Shown piece after piece: positions 1 through 10,056 of a stretch of DNA of 64,000 nt (position 1 is the stretch's first letter; every line of letters starts with the position of its first letter). The stretch covers positions 5,536,001 through 5,600,000 of the forward strand of contig OZ244065.1 in the NCBI GenBank assembly GCA_965215505.1, read 5' to 3'. The stretch comes from Capsulimonadaceae bacterium (GTDB lineage: Bacteria > Armatimonadota > Armatimonadia > Armatimonadales > Capsulimonadaceae). The position numbers and the translations under genes are program-made. The notes under the pieces are model-generated. The model ran no database searches. It was not told the origin of the DNA and saw only the letters and a list, made by a program, of their open reading frames with translations.

Positions 1-3000
1 ATGGCGATCTCGTGCGGCAGGCAGACGCCGACGCGCGTCCGCTCCACCCAGGCTTGTTTCGCCGGGTCGGTGACTTCCGTGATGCCCGGCAGGATGACCG
101 GCATGTTGCCGCCCTGCCGGCCCAGCGAGGCGGCCTGGATGTAGTCGCGCGTGAACCGGTCCTGAAAGTCCGTCCCGCCGTACTGCATCTCCCAATCCAG
201 GTCCATTGTCGTCCAACTGAAGACCGGAATGAGATAAGCGTTGGTCATGTGCGGCATCGTCAGGTTGCGCCGGCCCATCGCATGGAGCATGACGGCGGTG
301 CGCCTGGCAAGGGCGCGCAGAAGCCAGATGTCGGTGTCGGGCTGGAACTGGCCGTCGGGGCGCGTGTAGCCGCCGCCCGTGACGGGGCTGGCGTTGTCGT
401 AGATGCAGATGTTGTCGAAGTAGATGCCATCGAAGCCGTGACTCAGCAGCTCATGGTAGTAGTACAGCAGGTATTCCTGGCGGCTTGGAACGGGCGTCAG
501 GGAGAAGTCAATGCTGCCCGCGACCGGCCCCGCCGCACGGTCATTGAAGTCCGTCCGTCGCCACTCGTCCTGATGGACCACCCATTCCGGCGTAGAGGTG
601 ATGTCTCCGCGCAGGTTCGTGTAGGGGATGACGGCGGCGGCGTGTCCCACGCCCGACGCGGAGTTTACTTCGGCGCGGATGTCGGGGTTCCTGGCGAGAT
701 AGGCGTCGAAGTAGGCCGCATCACGCTTGCCGTCTTTCTCTGCCGCCGCCAGCTTGCCAATCAGGGCGTAGTCGCGCCCGCGCGGGAAGACGCCGTAGAG
801 GTCCGCGCCCCAATACATGCTCATGCCCAGCAGGCTCGTCTCGAATCTGCTCCCCGAGTCCACCCCGCGAAGTCGCCAGTCCGGGTCCGTCGGCATGGGT
901 TTGACCGGTGTTGCTTGCAGCCCAAAGACGATGCGGCGCGGCGCGCTCCAGGCGGCCCGCGTCTGCACCAGACGAACGCGCAGGGCCAGCGTCCTGCCGT
1001 GTCGCTCCAATGCCAGCGCAGGATGCTTGCCGGACGGGTCTACGATCCAGTCTCGGTCATTGGAGGCGAACCAGACCAGGCCGCGCTCCGGGCCGCCCAC
1101 CCAGAGGTACGGCAGGAATGTCCCCAGGAGCTGATCGCGGGAGGCCGACGCGCTGGTCCAGACCGTTCCCTCGCCCTTGGGCACGAACCCGCCGTAGTTG
1201 GAGCGCAGGCCCTCCCCACAGGCGTGCATCAGCGGGGCGATGCCGTCTTTGAAGGGGATGACGAGGTCGAGCGAGTCGAGGGGCGTCTTCGTCGGGGCCA
1301 GAGTGAGCGTCACCTTCATGCAGCCGTCATAGTCGAAGATGCTGGTCGTCCGCCCGCGCAGCGTCCCCGCTTTCCACGCCGATGTCGCCGTGACGGACGT
1401 AGGCCGGGCTGGACCGAGGGTCAGCCTGGCCGAAACCGGGACCGGCTTGCCGCCCTGCCGCGCTTCCAGCCGCATCGGGCCGCTCAGAATGTCCGCGCCC
1501 AAGGCGTTCACCTGGGACCACAGCCCATTGTCCGCCATGACGTGCCGTCGCAGGATAGTGCCGACCGTGCGGCCCTGCACGGTCAGTGGCGTGAACGGTG
1601 GGATGACCACATCGTCCAGCCCGAGCCGGTTGCCTTTCCAGACGAAGTCCTGCTGGTGCGTGAACGGCAGGATGCGGATCGGCTTTGCCGCCAGCCTGTT
1701 GCCGTCCAGGAATAGGGCTGCCTCGTACTGCCCCGTCGCCAGCGTGGGCAGGACTATCTCACGCAAGGCCGAACCATCTTTGCCGACCGGCGATGACTGC
1801 TCGGCAACCGCCGTGTCCGCCCCTTTGGACCGCACCACCAGACGCATCTGATGGACGGCCTCTTTGCCGGTCAGCGCGGCAATGTTCGCGCGCCAGCGCA
1901 GACGGTGGTAGCTGGGATAGTAGCCGATGTCGAAGCGGGTCGCTTCTTGAGCGTTCGGGGTGGCGACCGCCTCCCATTCCGGCCCCGCCGGGTGCGTGTG
2001 CCACTTGAAGTCGCGGTGGTAGAGGATGCCGCCAGCCTGGTCTGTCACCAGGGCTTCGCCCAGGGCGGGGTAGTCATCCGGCGTGAAGAACGGCTTCCGG
2101 TAGACGACGGTCTGCGCCGCGCCCGGTGCCAGTGTCAGGTCGGCTTCCTGGAAATAGCGCGGCTGGTCCTGCGCGTTATAGCCCAGCCGCACATGGAGCG
2201 GCATCGGCTGGCCCGTCGGGTTGGAGAGCGTCAGTCCGACCGTCACCCCCTGCGCGTCCTGCACCGGCAGTTCCTCCACGACTGGGGCGGCGTCGGCGAA
2301 GCGGACGCGCCCCATCGTGTCGGGCGCTTCAAAGCCATGCACGCGCGGTTCCCACCGGGCCTGGTCCCACGGGGTCTTGTAGTCCCGGCAGACGCGCATC
2401 GCGAGCGGCAGGGTGGGGTCGGTGATGCCCAGGCTGGACAGGCTGAGGACGACCTCTGCCGTCCATTGGCCGTCCTTGACCGTGTGGGCCTGCCGCATGT
2501 CCGCGCGCCAATACTTCTGCGCGATCTTGTCCCGGTGGTTGAAACGCGCCTCGTAGAACGCCCCGTTCGGGTTGACCATGATCTGGAAATACTGCCCGCT
2601 GTCACTGCCGGGGCTGTTGTCCACCCAGAGTTCAACGGCGTCGTCAAAGACCACGTCCTGGTTCGCGTCCCGTTTGGCATATTTTGCGATTGTCCCCGCC
2701 GTCGGGTGAACGGCAGAGCGGACGGCGATATACAGGTTCTTGCGGTCGCAGCCGATCCAGAACTCGCCCGCCCGGCGCTCCAGCAGGTCCCCGTCCTGCG
2801 AGACGAACCGCGCCTGGTGCAGCGTATCCCATTCGCCCGGCGCGATCACGCCGTCAATGACCGGCGTCTTGGTGAGGAAGGGGAGAACGACAGTGGGCGT
2901 GACGGTCGGGACGTTGGTGCTGCCTGCGGCCCGCATTGCGCCGGACATTCCGAGAAGCAGCGCGGCGCAGAGCGCCGGAACCAGCCAGTGTGGACGCAAC

Positions 3001-3002
3001 AT
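1..3002 (-). CDS. Large secreted glycoside-hydrolase-like protein (CBM9-like N-terminus, DUF6067-like catalytic region); runs off the window's left edge
   Basis: Absent from the ORF track because it has no stop in the window. Hand translation from ATG 3002 (GGAGGTGA RBS): signal peptide MLRPHWLVPALCAALLLG, then PVIDGVIAPGEW, DDAVELW, FDYDGCMKV and GFDGIYFDN motifs. Confidence 0.7.
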   Translation of the reverse strand, partial: MLRPHWLVPALCAALLLGMSGAMRAAGSTNVPTVTPTVVLPFLTKTPVIDGVIAPGEWDTLHQARFVSQDGDLLERRAGEFWIGCDRKNLYIAVRSAVHPTAGTIAKYAKRDANQDVVFDDAVELWVDNSPGSDSGQYFQIMVNPNGAFYEARFNHRDKIAQKYWRADMRQAHTVKDGQWTAEVVLSLSSLGITDPTLPLAMRVCRDYKTPWDQARWEPRVHGFEAPDTMGRVRFADAAPVVEELPVQDAQGVTVGLTLSNPTGQPMPLHVRLGYNAQDQPRYFQEADLTLAPGAAQTVVYRKPFFTPDDYPALGEALVTDQAGGILYHRDFKWHTHPAGPEWEAVATPNAQEATRFDIGYYPSYHRLRWRANIAALTGKEAVHQMRLVVRSKGADTAVAEQSSPVGKDGSALREIVLPTLATGQYEAALFLDGNRLAAKPIRILPFTHQQDFVWKGNRLGLDDVVIPPFTPLTVQGRTVGTILRRHVMADNGLWSQVNALGADILSGPMRLEARQGGKPVPVSARLTLGPARPTSVTATSAWKAGTLRGRTTSIFDYDGCMKVTLTLAPTKTPLDSLDLVIPFKDGIAPLMHACGEGLRSNYGGFVPKGEGTVWTSASASRDQLLGTFLPYLWVGGPERGLVWFASNDRDWIVDPSGKHPALALERHGRTLALRVRLVQTRAAWSAPRRIVFGLQATPVKPMPTDPDWRLRGVDSGSRFETSLLGMSMYWGADLYGVFPRGRDYALIGKLAAAEKDGKRDAAYFDAYLARNPDIRAEVNSASGVGHAAAVIPYTNLRGDITSTPEWVVHQDEWRRTDFNDRAAGPVAGSIDFSLTPVPSRQEYLLYYYHELLSHGFDGIYFDNICIYDNASPVTGGGYTRPDGQFQPDTDIWLLRALARRTAVMLHAMGRRNLTMPHMTNAYLIPVFSWTTMDLDWEMQYGGTDFQDRFTRDYIQAASLGRQGGNMPVILPGITEVTDPAKQAWVERTRVGVCLPHEIA

Positions 3003-3055
3003 TCACCTCCGACTGCGGGCAGGAAAACCGGCCCGCGCCGCCGTATTGGGACGCC

Positions 3056-4048
3056 ATGAAACCAAAAGTCTTGTTCATCGGTGGCACCGGCATCATCAGC
3101 TCCGCCTGCACCGCGCTCGCCCTGGAAAAGGGGCTTGACCTGTACCTGCTCAACCGGGGCAAATCAACCCGCGCCGTTCCCGACGTGGCGAAGACGCTCA
3201 ACGCGGACATACGCGACCCGCAATCGGTCCGGGACGCCCTAGGCGATCATCAGTTTGACGCCGTAGTGGACTGGATCGCCTTCACGCCCGCGCAGATCGA
3301 AACCGACATCGAGCTGTTCCGTGGCCGGACGGGGCAGTTCATCTTCATCAGCTCGGCTTCGGTCTACCAGACGCCGCCGGCAAGCCTGCCCATCACCGAG
3401 TCCACCCTGATGGCAAACCCGTTCTGGGGCTACTCCCGCGACAAGATCGCCTGCGAGGAGCGCCTGATCCGCGCCTACCGCGAGGAAGATTTCCCCATGA
3501 CCATCGTGCGGCCCTCGCACACCTACGACCGGACCCTGCTGCCGATGACCGGCGGGTGGACGGCGATTGACCGGATGCGGAAGGGCCTACCTGTCATCGT
3601 CCACGGCGACGGCTCCTCGCTCTGGGTGATGACCCACCACAGGGACTTCGCCAAAGGCTTCGTCGGCCTGCTCGGCAACGCCCGCGCGCTCGGCGAGACG
3701 TTCCACATTACCTCCGACGAAACCCTGACCTGGAACCAGATCTATCAGGTCTTCGCCCACGCGGCGGGCGCGGAGGCGAAGATCGTGCCGGTCCCCTCCG
3801 TCAACCTCTCGGCCTTCGAGGGCATGGGCGGCGAGGGCCTGCTGGGCGACAAGACGCATAGCGTGATCTTCGACAACACCAAGATCAAGCGCTTCGTCCC
3901 GGATTTCGCCGCGACCATCCCACTGTCCTGGGGCGCGCACGAGGTCCTGGCCTGGTACGACGCCGACCCGGCCCGGCAGAAGGTGGATGAGGGCTTTAAT
4001 TCCCTGACCGACCGGATCATCGCCGCCCAGGAACAGGTGCGACCGTGA
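3056..4048 (+). CDS. NAD-dependent epimerase/dehydratase (extended SDR)
   Basis: GGTGIIS Rossmann motif, ISSASVY, YSRDK catalytic motif; start moved to ATG 3056. Confidence 0.9.
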   Translation: MKPKVLFIGGTGIISSACTALALEKGLDLYLLNRGKSTRAVPDVAKTLNADIRDPQSVRDALGDHQFDAVVDWIAFTPAQIETDIELFRGRTGQFIFISSASVYQTPPASLPITESTLMANPFWGYSRDKIACEERLIRAYREEDFPMTIVRPSHTYDRTLLPMTGGWTAIDRMRKGLPVIVHGDGSSLWVMTHHRDFAKGFVGLLGNARALGETFHITSDETLTWNQIYQVFAHAAGAEAKIVPVPSVNLSAFEGMGGEGLLGDKTHSVIFDNTKIKRFVPDFAATIPLSWGAHEVLAWYDADPARQKVDEGFNSLTDRIIAAQEQVRP

Positions 4049-5113
4049 TCAGGCCGGGGATACCCCCGGCCCGATCTCGCCCCGGTCCAGCATCGAGTGG
4101 AACGCATTGTCGTCCTTCGTCAAAGGCAGGTCCACGCGGCCCCGGCGGCGGCTGGACTCGTAGGCGGCGAAGATGACTTCGGTGGAGCGAAGGGCGTTCT
4201 GCGCCGACAGCATGGACCCGCGCCCGGTTGCGAGCGAGTCCACCACGTCCGCGATGGCGCGCTCCACGGCGTCCGGCCCGTGCAGGTCGTCCGGCTGCTC
4301 AATGGTATGCCACCCGTTCGTTGTGGCGTTCATCAGGCGCACATGGGGCGCGTCCCCCCGGACCTCGATCATCCCCTCCGTCCCGATCAGCCGGTGGGCG
4401 GCCGGTTCATTCGAGTCCTTCCCCGTCGCGAGGAATGCCCGGACGCCGTTCTCGAACTGGAACTCGCACAGCCCTTGGTTTTCCATGGGGACGCCGAAGA
4501 TCTTGCGCTCCTCGCGGCTGTCTACCTGGCCCAGCACCCACTTCGCCGGGGCCTCGCCGTTGTAGAAAAAGAACATGTCCAGCCAGTGTGTGCCCCAGTC
4601 GTAGAGATCGCCGCAGTTGCCTTCAATCCGAATCAACTCCCCGACCGCGCCCGCCTGTATTTGTCCCCGCGCGGCCTGGAACGGCCCCAAGAACCGGCGC
4701 TGGTGGTTGAAGGTCAGCCGCACCCTGTTCTCCTCGCAGACGCGCGCCATCTCCTTCGCCTCGCCCCAGCTCGTCGCCATCGGCTTCTCGCAGTGGATCG
4801 CCTTCACCCCCGACCGGGCCGCCGCGATGGTCAGGGGCGCGTGCAGATGCGGCCAGGTGCAGACGCTGACGATGTCCGGCTTCTCCTCGGCCAGCATCTC
4901 CGCCGGGTCGCTGTAGACACGCGGGACGCCGTACTTCTCCGCGAAGAACCGCGTGGCCCCTTCGCTCGGGTCGGCGCAGGCGGCCAGGGTGCAGCGGCCC
5001 GTCCGCACATACCCGTCCGCGTGCTGGTGGGCCATGCCGAAGCCGGTCGCCCCCTCGCTCTTCCAGGGCTTGCCCACGCCGATAAATCCGACACGGTAGT
5101 TTGCGCCACTCAT
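4049..5113 (-). CDS. Gfo/Idh/MocA family oxidoreductase
   Basis: VGFIGVG, HCEKPM, NHQRRF, DWGTHWLD motifs. Confidence 0.92.
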   Translation of the reverse strand: MSGANYRVGFIGVGKPWKSEGATGFGMAHQHADGYVRTGRCTLAACADPSEGATRFFAEKYGVPRVYSDPAEMLAEEKPDIVSVCTWPHLHAPLTIAAARSGVKAIHCEKPMATSWGEAKEMARVCEENRVRLTFNHQRRFLGPFQAARGQIQAGAVGELIRIEGNCGDLYDWGTHWLDMFFFYNGEAPAKWVLGQVDSREERKIFGVPMENQGLCEFQFENGVRAFLATGKDSNEPAAHRLIGTEGMIEVRGDAPHVRLMNATTNGWHTIEQPDDLHGPDAVERAIADVVDSLATGRGSMLSAQNALRSTEVIFAAYESSRRRGRVDLPLTKDDNAFHSMLDRGEIGPGVSPA

Positions 5114-5264
5114 CTTTTTGCCTCTCTTATGACCTAAACCCGTCCCGACCGTCCGGTCGGTTCACAATGCTTGCCGGACTGGTTCGCCCCGGCGCATTGA
5201 TTCTCCTGCCCGGAACTTTCACGACGCCGAATTCCGTTGAAGTCAAGGTACACTACTTACGTCA

Positions 5265-5615
5265 ATGACACGCTCCCGCTTCCACAAGCGTCTGCTCGCC
5301 CGCGCGACGGCCTGGCTACTCATCCTGATCTGCGGATGGATGGGGACCGACGGCGTCCTCCATCACACCGATGAGGGGACATACGCGCGCGCCGCCTCCG
5401 GCCTGCACCGGCCGACGGCTGCCATCCCCGCCGACTCCTGTGCCGCCTGCGAGTGGACCCAGGGGATGCAGACCGGCTCCCTCGCCGTCTGTCACGTCCA
5501 GTCGCCCCTTTTCGTCTTCAGGCCACAAACACAGCCCCTTCTGCGCCGGCTCGCCCGCCGCCCTGCCCGCCGAAGCTCCCCCCGCGCGCCGCCCGTCTGC
5601 CTCCTGAACTGCTGA
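5265..5615 (+). CDS. DUF2946-like (CruR-like) metal-sensing upstream ORF
   Basis: N-terminal hydrophobic segment, HH, CAAC (CxxC), C-terminal PRAPP; immediately upstream of a TonB-dependent receptor. Confidence 0.78.
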   Translation: MTRSRFHKRLLARATAWLLILICGWMGTDGVLHHTDEGTYARAASGLHRPTAAIPADSCAACEWTQGMQTGSLAVCHVQSPLFVFRPQTQPLLRRLARRPARRSSPRAPPVCLLNC

Positions 5616-5652
5616 TTTCCGCCCGCCCATTTGTTCCAGGAAGACCGTCCCC

Positions 5653-7743
5653 ATGTCACGACTCCCTTGCCGCGCGCTGGCGCTGGCCGCCGCCTGCCTG
5701 GCGGCCCTGACCAGCGCCGCGACCGCACAGACGCCGCCCGCACCTAACGCCGCGCCGCCCGTCGTCCCGAACAGCAACATCTTTGACCCGAACCGCGCCC
5801 CGATCATCGTCGTCCACATCGGCGCGCACCGGCTGGTCCTAGTGCCCCGAAATGTCGGCGGGGCGCAGGTCATCCACCTGAATGCCACCAGCAACAAGGC
5901 CGACCAGGATTTTTCGCACCTGATCACGTCCTCAGTCGCGGGCGCGGCGTCCAGTGCCAGTGGCGAGTTCCACGTTCGCGGCTCGCACGGCCAGTACACC
6001 TACTACCTCGATGGGGCACCGCTGCCCGAGTCGGTTTCCGGCTCGTTCAGCGACCTGATTGACCCCAAAAACATCGAAACCCTGCGCGTGCTGACCGGCG
6101 GCTTCCCCGCCCAGTACGGCAACAACCTCGCCGCCGTGTTCGACGTGTCGGCGCGGGCGGGGCAGCCCGGCCGTCCGCGCGGCTTCGCCGAGCAGCTCCT
6201 GGCGGGCTACCGGACATCGGAAAGCACCGTCCAGTTCGGCGGCGGCGCACCGCGCCTCCAGTACTACATCTCCGGCGTGCGGAACTTCACGAACCGCCGC
6301 CTGGACTCGGTGACGCAGGACCCGCTGCACGACGCCGGGGCGGATTCGGTCGCCTTTGGCAAATTCGACTATGAGGCGGGGGCGAACGACCGCATCATCC
6401 TGGACACTGCCCGCACCGACTCCTACCTCCAACTGCCGAACGATGAGTTGCAGCAGGCGGCGGGACGCGACGTGACCCAGCGCGAGGACGGCGACTTCGC
6501 CAACCTCATCTGGCGGCACACGCAGGGGTTGAACGGCGTGACCACCGCCCTTTACTCCCACCAGTCACGCCTGCGCTACAGCGGCGATCCCGCCGTTGAC
6601 CTCGCCGGGGCTACGGCGGCCACGCCGGACGGCGGCACCTCGCAGAACCCTGTACCGGGGACGCCCGCCAATCTGCCATCGTCGGCCTTCGAGAACCGCT
6701 ACGCAAACTATATCGGCCTGCGGACGGACGCCGCCACGCGCATCGCCGCCCGCCACAAGGTCGGCTACGGCTTCGACATCAGCACCGTGACCGGCGCGGA
6801 GAACTTCACCCTGCTGAACGCGACCGACAACGGCGATGGCACGACGGGAGTACAGACGATCCAGGACGAACACGCGCTCTCCGGGGGCGACCGCTCGGCC
6901 TACCTCCAGGATGATTGGACTCCGGGACGCACTCTGGTCAACTACGGCGTTCGCTATGACATCCACAAGACGGACACGACCACCTCGCAGCTCTCGCCGC
7001 GCCTGAACATGACCTACACGCTCAATGGCCGCGACAAACTTCATGCCTATTACGACCGCCTGTTCCAGCCCGCCCCCATCGAGGACATCCGGCACCTGGA
7101 CCCGAACGCGGTTCCCTTCAAACCCGAGCGCGACAACTTCTATGAGGTCGGCTACGCCCACGAGAACGGCGGCATCACGACCACCCTGAGCGGCTACTAC
7201 AAGACCGAGCAGGACGTGATTGACGAGAACATCATCGCGGGGACGCAGATCCGCGAACCGTTCAATGTCCAGAAAGGCTACGTCCGCGGCCTCGAAGTGG
7301 CTTTAGATGGGTCTCTGACGCGCGAGCTGTCGTTCTATGCCAACTACGCCCGCTCGTGGGCGCGGGCGGCGGGCGACTTCACCGGCGGCCTGGCCCCCGC
7401 CGGCGCACCCCCCGGCTACTTCTACGACGACCACGACCAGACCCACACGGCCTCGGCCGGCCTGGCCTACGCGCGGCGCGGCCAGACGATCAGCCTGGAC
7501 GGTGAGTACGGGTCCGGATTCCCTTACGGCCAGGATGCGAACGGCCTGCCCAACGTCTACCGCGTCCCCGCCCACTTTATCTTCAACCTCGAACTCGGCA
7601 CCCAGATCGGCCGGGGCCGGTTCGCCGTTTCCGCGCTGAACGTCCTCAACCACGGCTACGTCATCAAACAGGCCAGCCCCTTCAGCGACCGCGAGTGGGG
7701 CCAGGGCCGGACACTGGGCGTAAAATGGACGCAGAATTTTTAG
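5653..7743 (+). CDS. TonB-dependent outer-membrane receptor
   Basis: Signal peptide, plug motifs FHVRG/YYLDG/GGFPAQYG, barrel strands (NYGVRYD, LSPRL, KPERD), C-terminal Phe. Confidence 0.9.
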   Translation: MSRLPCRALALAAACLAALTSAATAQTPPAPNAAPPVVPNSNIFDPNRAPIIVVHIGAHRLVLVPRNVGGAQVIHLNATSNKADQDFSHLITSSVAGAASSASGEFHVRGSHGQYTYYLDGAPLPESVSGSFSDLIDPKNIETLRVLTGGFPAQYGNNLAAVFDVSARAGQPGRPRGFAEQLLAGYRTSESTVQFGGGAPRLQYYISGVRNFTNRRLDSVTQDPLHDAGADSVAFGKFDYEAGANDRIILDTARTDSYLQLPNDELQQAAGRDVTQREDGDFANLIWRHTQGLNGVTTALYSHQSRLRYSGDPAVDLAGATAATPDGGTSQNPVPGTPANLPSSAFENRYANYIGLRTDAATRIAARHKVGYGFDISTVTGAENFTLLNATDNGDGTTGVQTIQDEHALSGGDRSAYLQDDWTPGRTLVNYGVRYDIHKTDTTTSQLSPRLNMTYTLNGRDKLHAYYDRLFQPAPIEDIRHLDPNAVPFKPERDNFYEVGYAHENGGITTTLSGYYKTEQDVIDENIIAGTQIREPFNVQKGYVRGLEVALDGSLTRELSFYANYARSWARAAGDFTGGLAPAGAPPGYFYDDHDQTHTASAGLAYARRGQTISLDGEYGSGFPYGQDANGLPNVYRVPAHFIFNLELGTQIGRGRFAVSALNVLNHGYVIKQASPFSDREWGQGRTLGVKWTQNF

Positions 7744-7755
7744 GAGGAACACTCT

Positions 7756-8379
7756 ATGAACGCATTCGTCACCTACCTGCATCAAGGCGGGTTCATGATG
7801 TACCCGCTGATCCTCTGCTCGGTACTCGCCATCGGCATCATCCTGGAGCGCGCCTACACCTTCCGCAAGGCGACCTCGATTGACCCGGAGGAACTGCTCG
7901 AAGAGATCAAGCAGACCTACAAGCCCGGCGACCACGGGGCGGCGGCGGCCCGGCTGATGGAGGACGCCAAGACCCCCTACAGCCGCATCTTCGCGCGCGG
8001 CCTGAAAAATGCCGACCGGCCCGCCGAGGCCATCGACATGGCGATGTCGCAGGAGGCCGCGAACGAGATCCCCGCCCTGGAGAACTATCTGCCCGGCCTG
8101 CGGACCATCATCACGATCTGCCCGCTGCTCGGCCTGCTCGGCACCATCGCCGGCATGATCGCCTCGTTCAAAGAGGTGGCGCGCTCCGGCCTGTCCTCGC
8201 CCACCGCCGTCATGGGCGGCGTCAGCGAGGCGCTCGTCTCCACCGCGACCGGCATCAGCATCGCCGTGGTCGGGCTGATCTTCCACAACTACTTCGGCAA
8301 CCTCGTCAAGCGGTTCGTCGAGGACATGGAGTATTACGGCTCCGAGCTGACGAATTTTCTGACGGGAAGGGTGGCCTAG
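7756..8379 (+). CDS. exbB: MotA/TolQ/ExbB proton channel protein
   Basis: PLLGLLGTIAGMI and EALVSTATG motifs; AGGAGG RBS. Confidence 0.92.
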   Translation: MNAFVTYLHQGGFMMYPLILCSVLAIGIILERAYTFRKATSIDPEELLEEIKQTYKPGDHGAAAARLMEDAKTPYSRIFARGLKNADRPAEAIDMAMSQEAANEIPALENYLPGLRTIITICPLLGLLGTIAGMIASFKEVARSGLSSPTAVMGGVSEALVSTATGISIAVVGLIFHNYFGNLVKRFVEDMEYYGSELTNFLTGRVA

Positions 8380-8381
8380 CC

Positions 8382-8783
8382 ATGATGAAAGTACGCGCCC
8401 GGCGTCAGCCGGAGGAGGCCGAGATCATCATCATCCCGATGATTGACACCATGATGTTCCTGCTGATGTTCTTCATCGTCGCCTCGCTCGCCCTGGCCGT
8501 GCAGAACGGCCTGCCCGTCACCCTGCCCAAAGCCAGTACGGGCGAGCGCCACTCGGCCCAGAACGTGACCCTGACACTCGGCCCGACCGGCGACCTGCAC
8601 CTGAACACGCGGCCCATCGCCATCACCGACGAGACGGCCCAACTCAAAGCCCTGAACATCTCGCCGGGGACGCTGGTCATCATCAACGCCGACGCCAACG
8701 TCCGCCACGGCGTCGTTACGACCGTCATGGACAACGCGCGCAAGGCTGGGGTCGAGCGCTTCGCCATCGCGACACAGTCTTAA
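8382..8783 (+). CDS. exbD: ExbD/TolR biopolymer transport protein
   Basis: IIPMIDTMMFLLMFF, LPKA, INAD motifs. Confidence 0.92.
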   Translation: MMKVRARRQPEEAEIIIIPMIDTMMFLLMFFIVASLALAVQNGLPVTLPKASTGERHSAQNVTLTLGPTGDLHLNTRPIAITDETAQLKALNISPGTLVIINADANVRHGVVTTVMDNARKAGVERFAIATQS

Positions 8784-8810
8784 GGGGAAGAGAAGGGGAG
8801 GGAGTGGGCC

Positions 8811-9596
8811 ATGCGGCGAAGGCGACAAAAGAACAACCTGCTGCCGAAGATGCTCGGCCTGGCGGTCTTGATAAACGCCATCCTGCTGCCGATCCTGGCG
8901 CAGTTCGGCGTCTTCAAGAGCATCGGGCGGGGCCAGAGATTGACCCCCATCGAGATCGTCAAAGCCCCCCCGCCGGAGAAACGGCCCGCCCCGCCGAGGA
9001 AGGCGAAGAAGCAGGTGGCGAAGGCCAAGCCCGCCCCCAAAGCTGCCCCGCGCGCCGCCCAGGCCCGCCGCGCACCGTCCGGCCCGCCGCCCGTTAGGGT
9101 GGTCGCGGCCGGCGGTCCCGCCGGCGCAGGCGGCGGCGGGGACGCGGGCATCACGACCTCGGACGGCGGGGCACCGGCCCCCCCTGCCCCCAATCCTGGG
9201 GGAGCCGGACAGCCGCCACCGCCCGCGCCTGTCCCCGCCCCGCCCCCCGCACCGGCCCCGGTCCCGGTCACTCCCTCAGCAGTGCCCCCGCCCGCACCGC
9301 CTCCCCCCGCGCCGCATGTCCCAGTCCTGACCGCCGCCGCGCCGGTCGCGCAGCCGCGCCCGGCCATCCCGGATGAGCTGCGCGACTCCGACCTGAACGC
9401 CGCCTTTGAGGGCCTGTTCACGGTCCGTGCCGACGGCACGGCGACAGTCAAGATGGTCTCCTCCACCGGGAATCCCACGCTGGACGGCCTCGCCCTGGAT
9501 GCCGCCCGCCGGTGGACCTTCCGGCCCGCGACGCGCGACGGGCAGCCTGTAGAAAGCTTTCTGCGGCTGCGGGTGGAGTTCGACGTGAGTTCTTGA
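8811..9596 (+). CDS. tonB: TonB energy transducer
   Basis: N-terminal TM, Pro/Lys-rich linker, C-terminal SSTGNPTLD..ALDAARRWTFRPA domain. Confidence 0.88.
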   Translation: MRRRRQKNNLLPKMLGLAVLINAILLPILAQFGVFKSIGRGQRLTPIEIVKAPPPEKRPAPPRKAKKQVAKAKPAPKAAPRAAQARRAPSGPPPVRVVAAGGPAGAGGGGDAGITTSDGGAPAPPAPNPGGAGQPPPPAPVPAPPPAPAPVPVTPSAVPPPAPPPPAPHVPVLTAAAPVAQPRPAIPDELRDSDLNAAFEGLFTVRADGTATVKMVSSTGNPTLDGLALDAARRWTFRPATRDGQPVESFLRLRVEFDVSS

Positions 9597-9606
9597 GCGT
9601 GAGATT

Positions 9607-10047
9607 CTAGAGCAGGGTGAAGTTATCGGGGAGGAGGCTGGTGATGGGCTGGATCTCGGTTTCGCCGGCATGGGTGGCGGACAGGACGATGATGGGGTTG
9701 TCGGCCTGGGAGAACTCGGCGATCACCTGGCGGCAGGCCCCGCAGGGCTTGCATAGCTTGGGGGCGCTCGTGACGACGGCCACGGCCACGATGTCCAGCC
9801 GCCCGTCGCTCACCGCGTTGAACAGGGCGATCCGCTCGGCGCAGACCGTCAGGCCGAACGAGGCGTTTTCGACGTTGCAGCCCCGGTAGATGCTGCCGTC
9901 GCTGACCAGCACGGCGGCCCCAACCGCGAAGTTAGAGTAAGGGGCGTAGGCGGACGCCTGCGCCTCCCGCGCGGCGGCGATCAGTTCGCCCCGGAGCGAC
10001 TCGGTCATTTCGGCGTGGTTGATTTCGATCTGTGTGAACTCGGCCAT
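9607..10047 (-). CDS. cdd: Cytidine deaminase
   Basis: AYAPYS, NVEN, CAER, PCGACRQ. Confidence 0.95.
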   Translation of the reverse strand: MAEFTQIEINHAEMTESLRGELIAAAREAQASAYAPYSNFAVGAAVLVSDGSIYRGCNVENASFGLTVCAERIALFNAVSDGRLDIVAVAVVTSAPKLCKPCGACRQVIAEFSQADNPIIVLSATHAGETEIQPITSLLPDNFTLL

Positions 10048-10056
10048 GATGTCCGC

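Noticed and set aside
12-3059. Long plus-strand ORFs of 567 and 402 aa
   Set aside because: Antisense shadows of the minus-strand glycoside-hydrolase-like gene; typical high-GC artefacts.
5212-5238. ECF-sigma promoter GGAAC...CGTT
   Set aside because: Spacing is longer than typical, and a TACACT -10 nearer the start is an adequate alternative.
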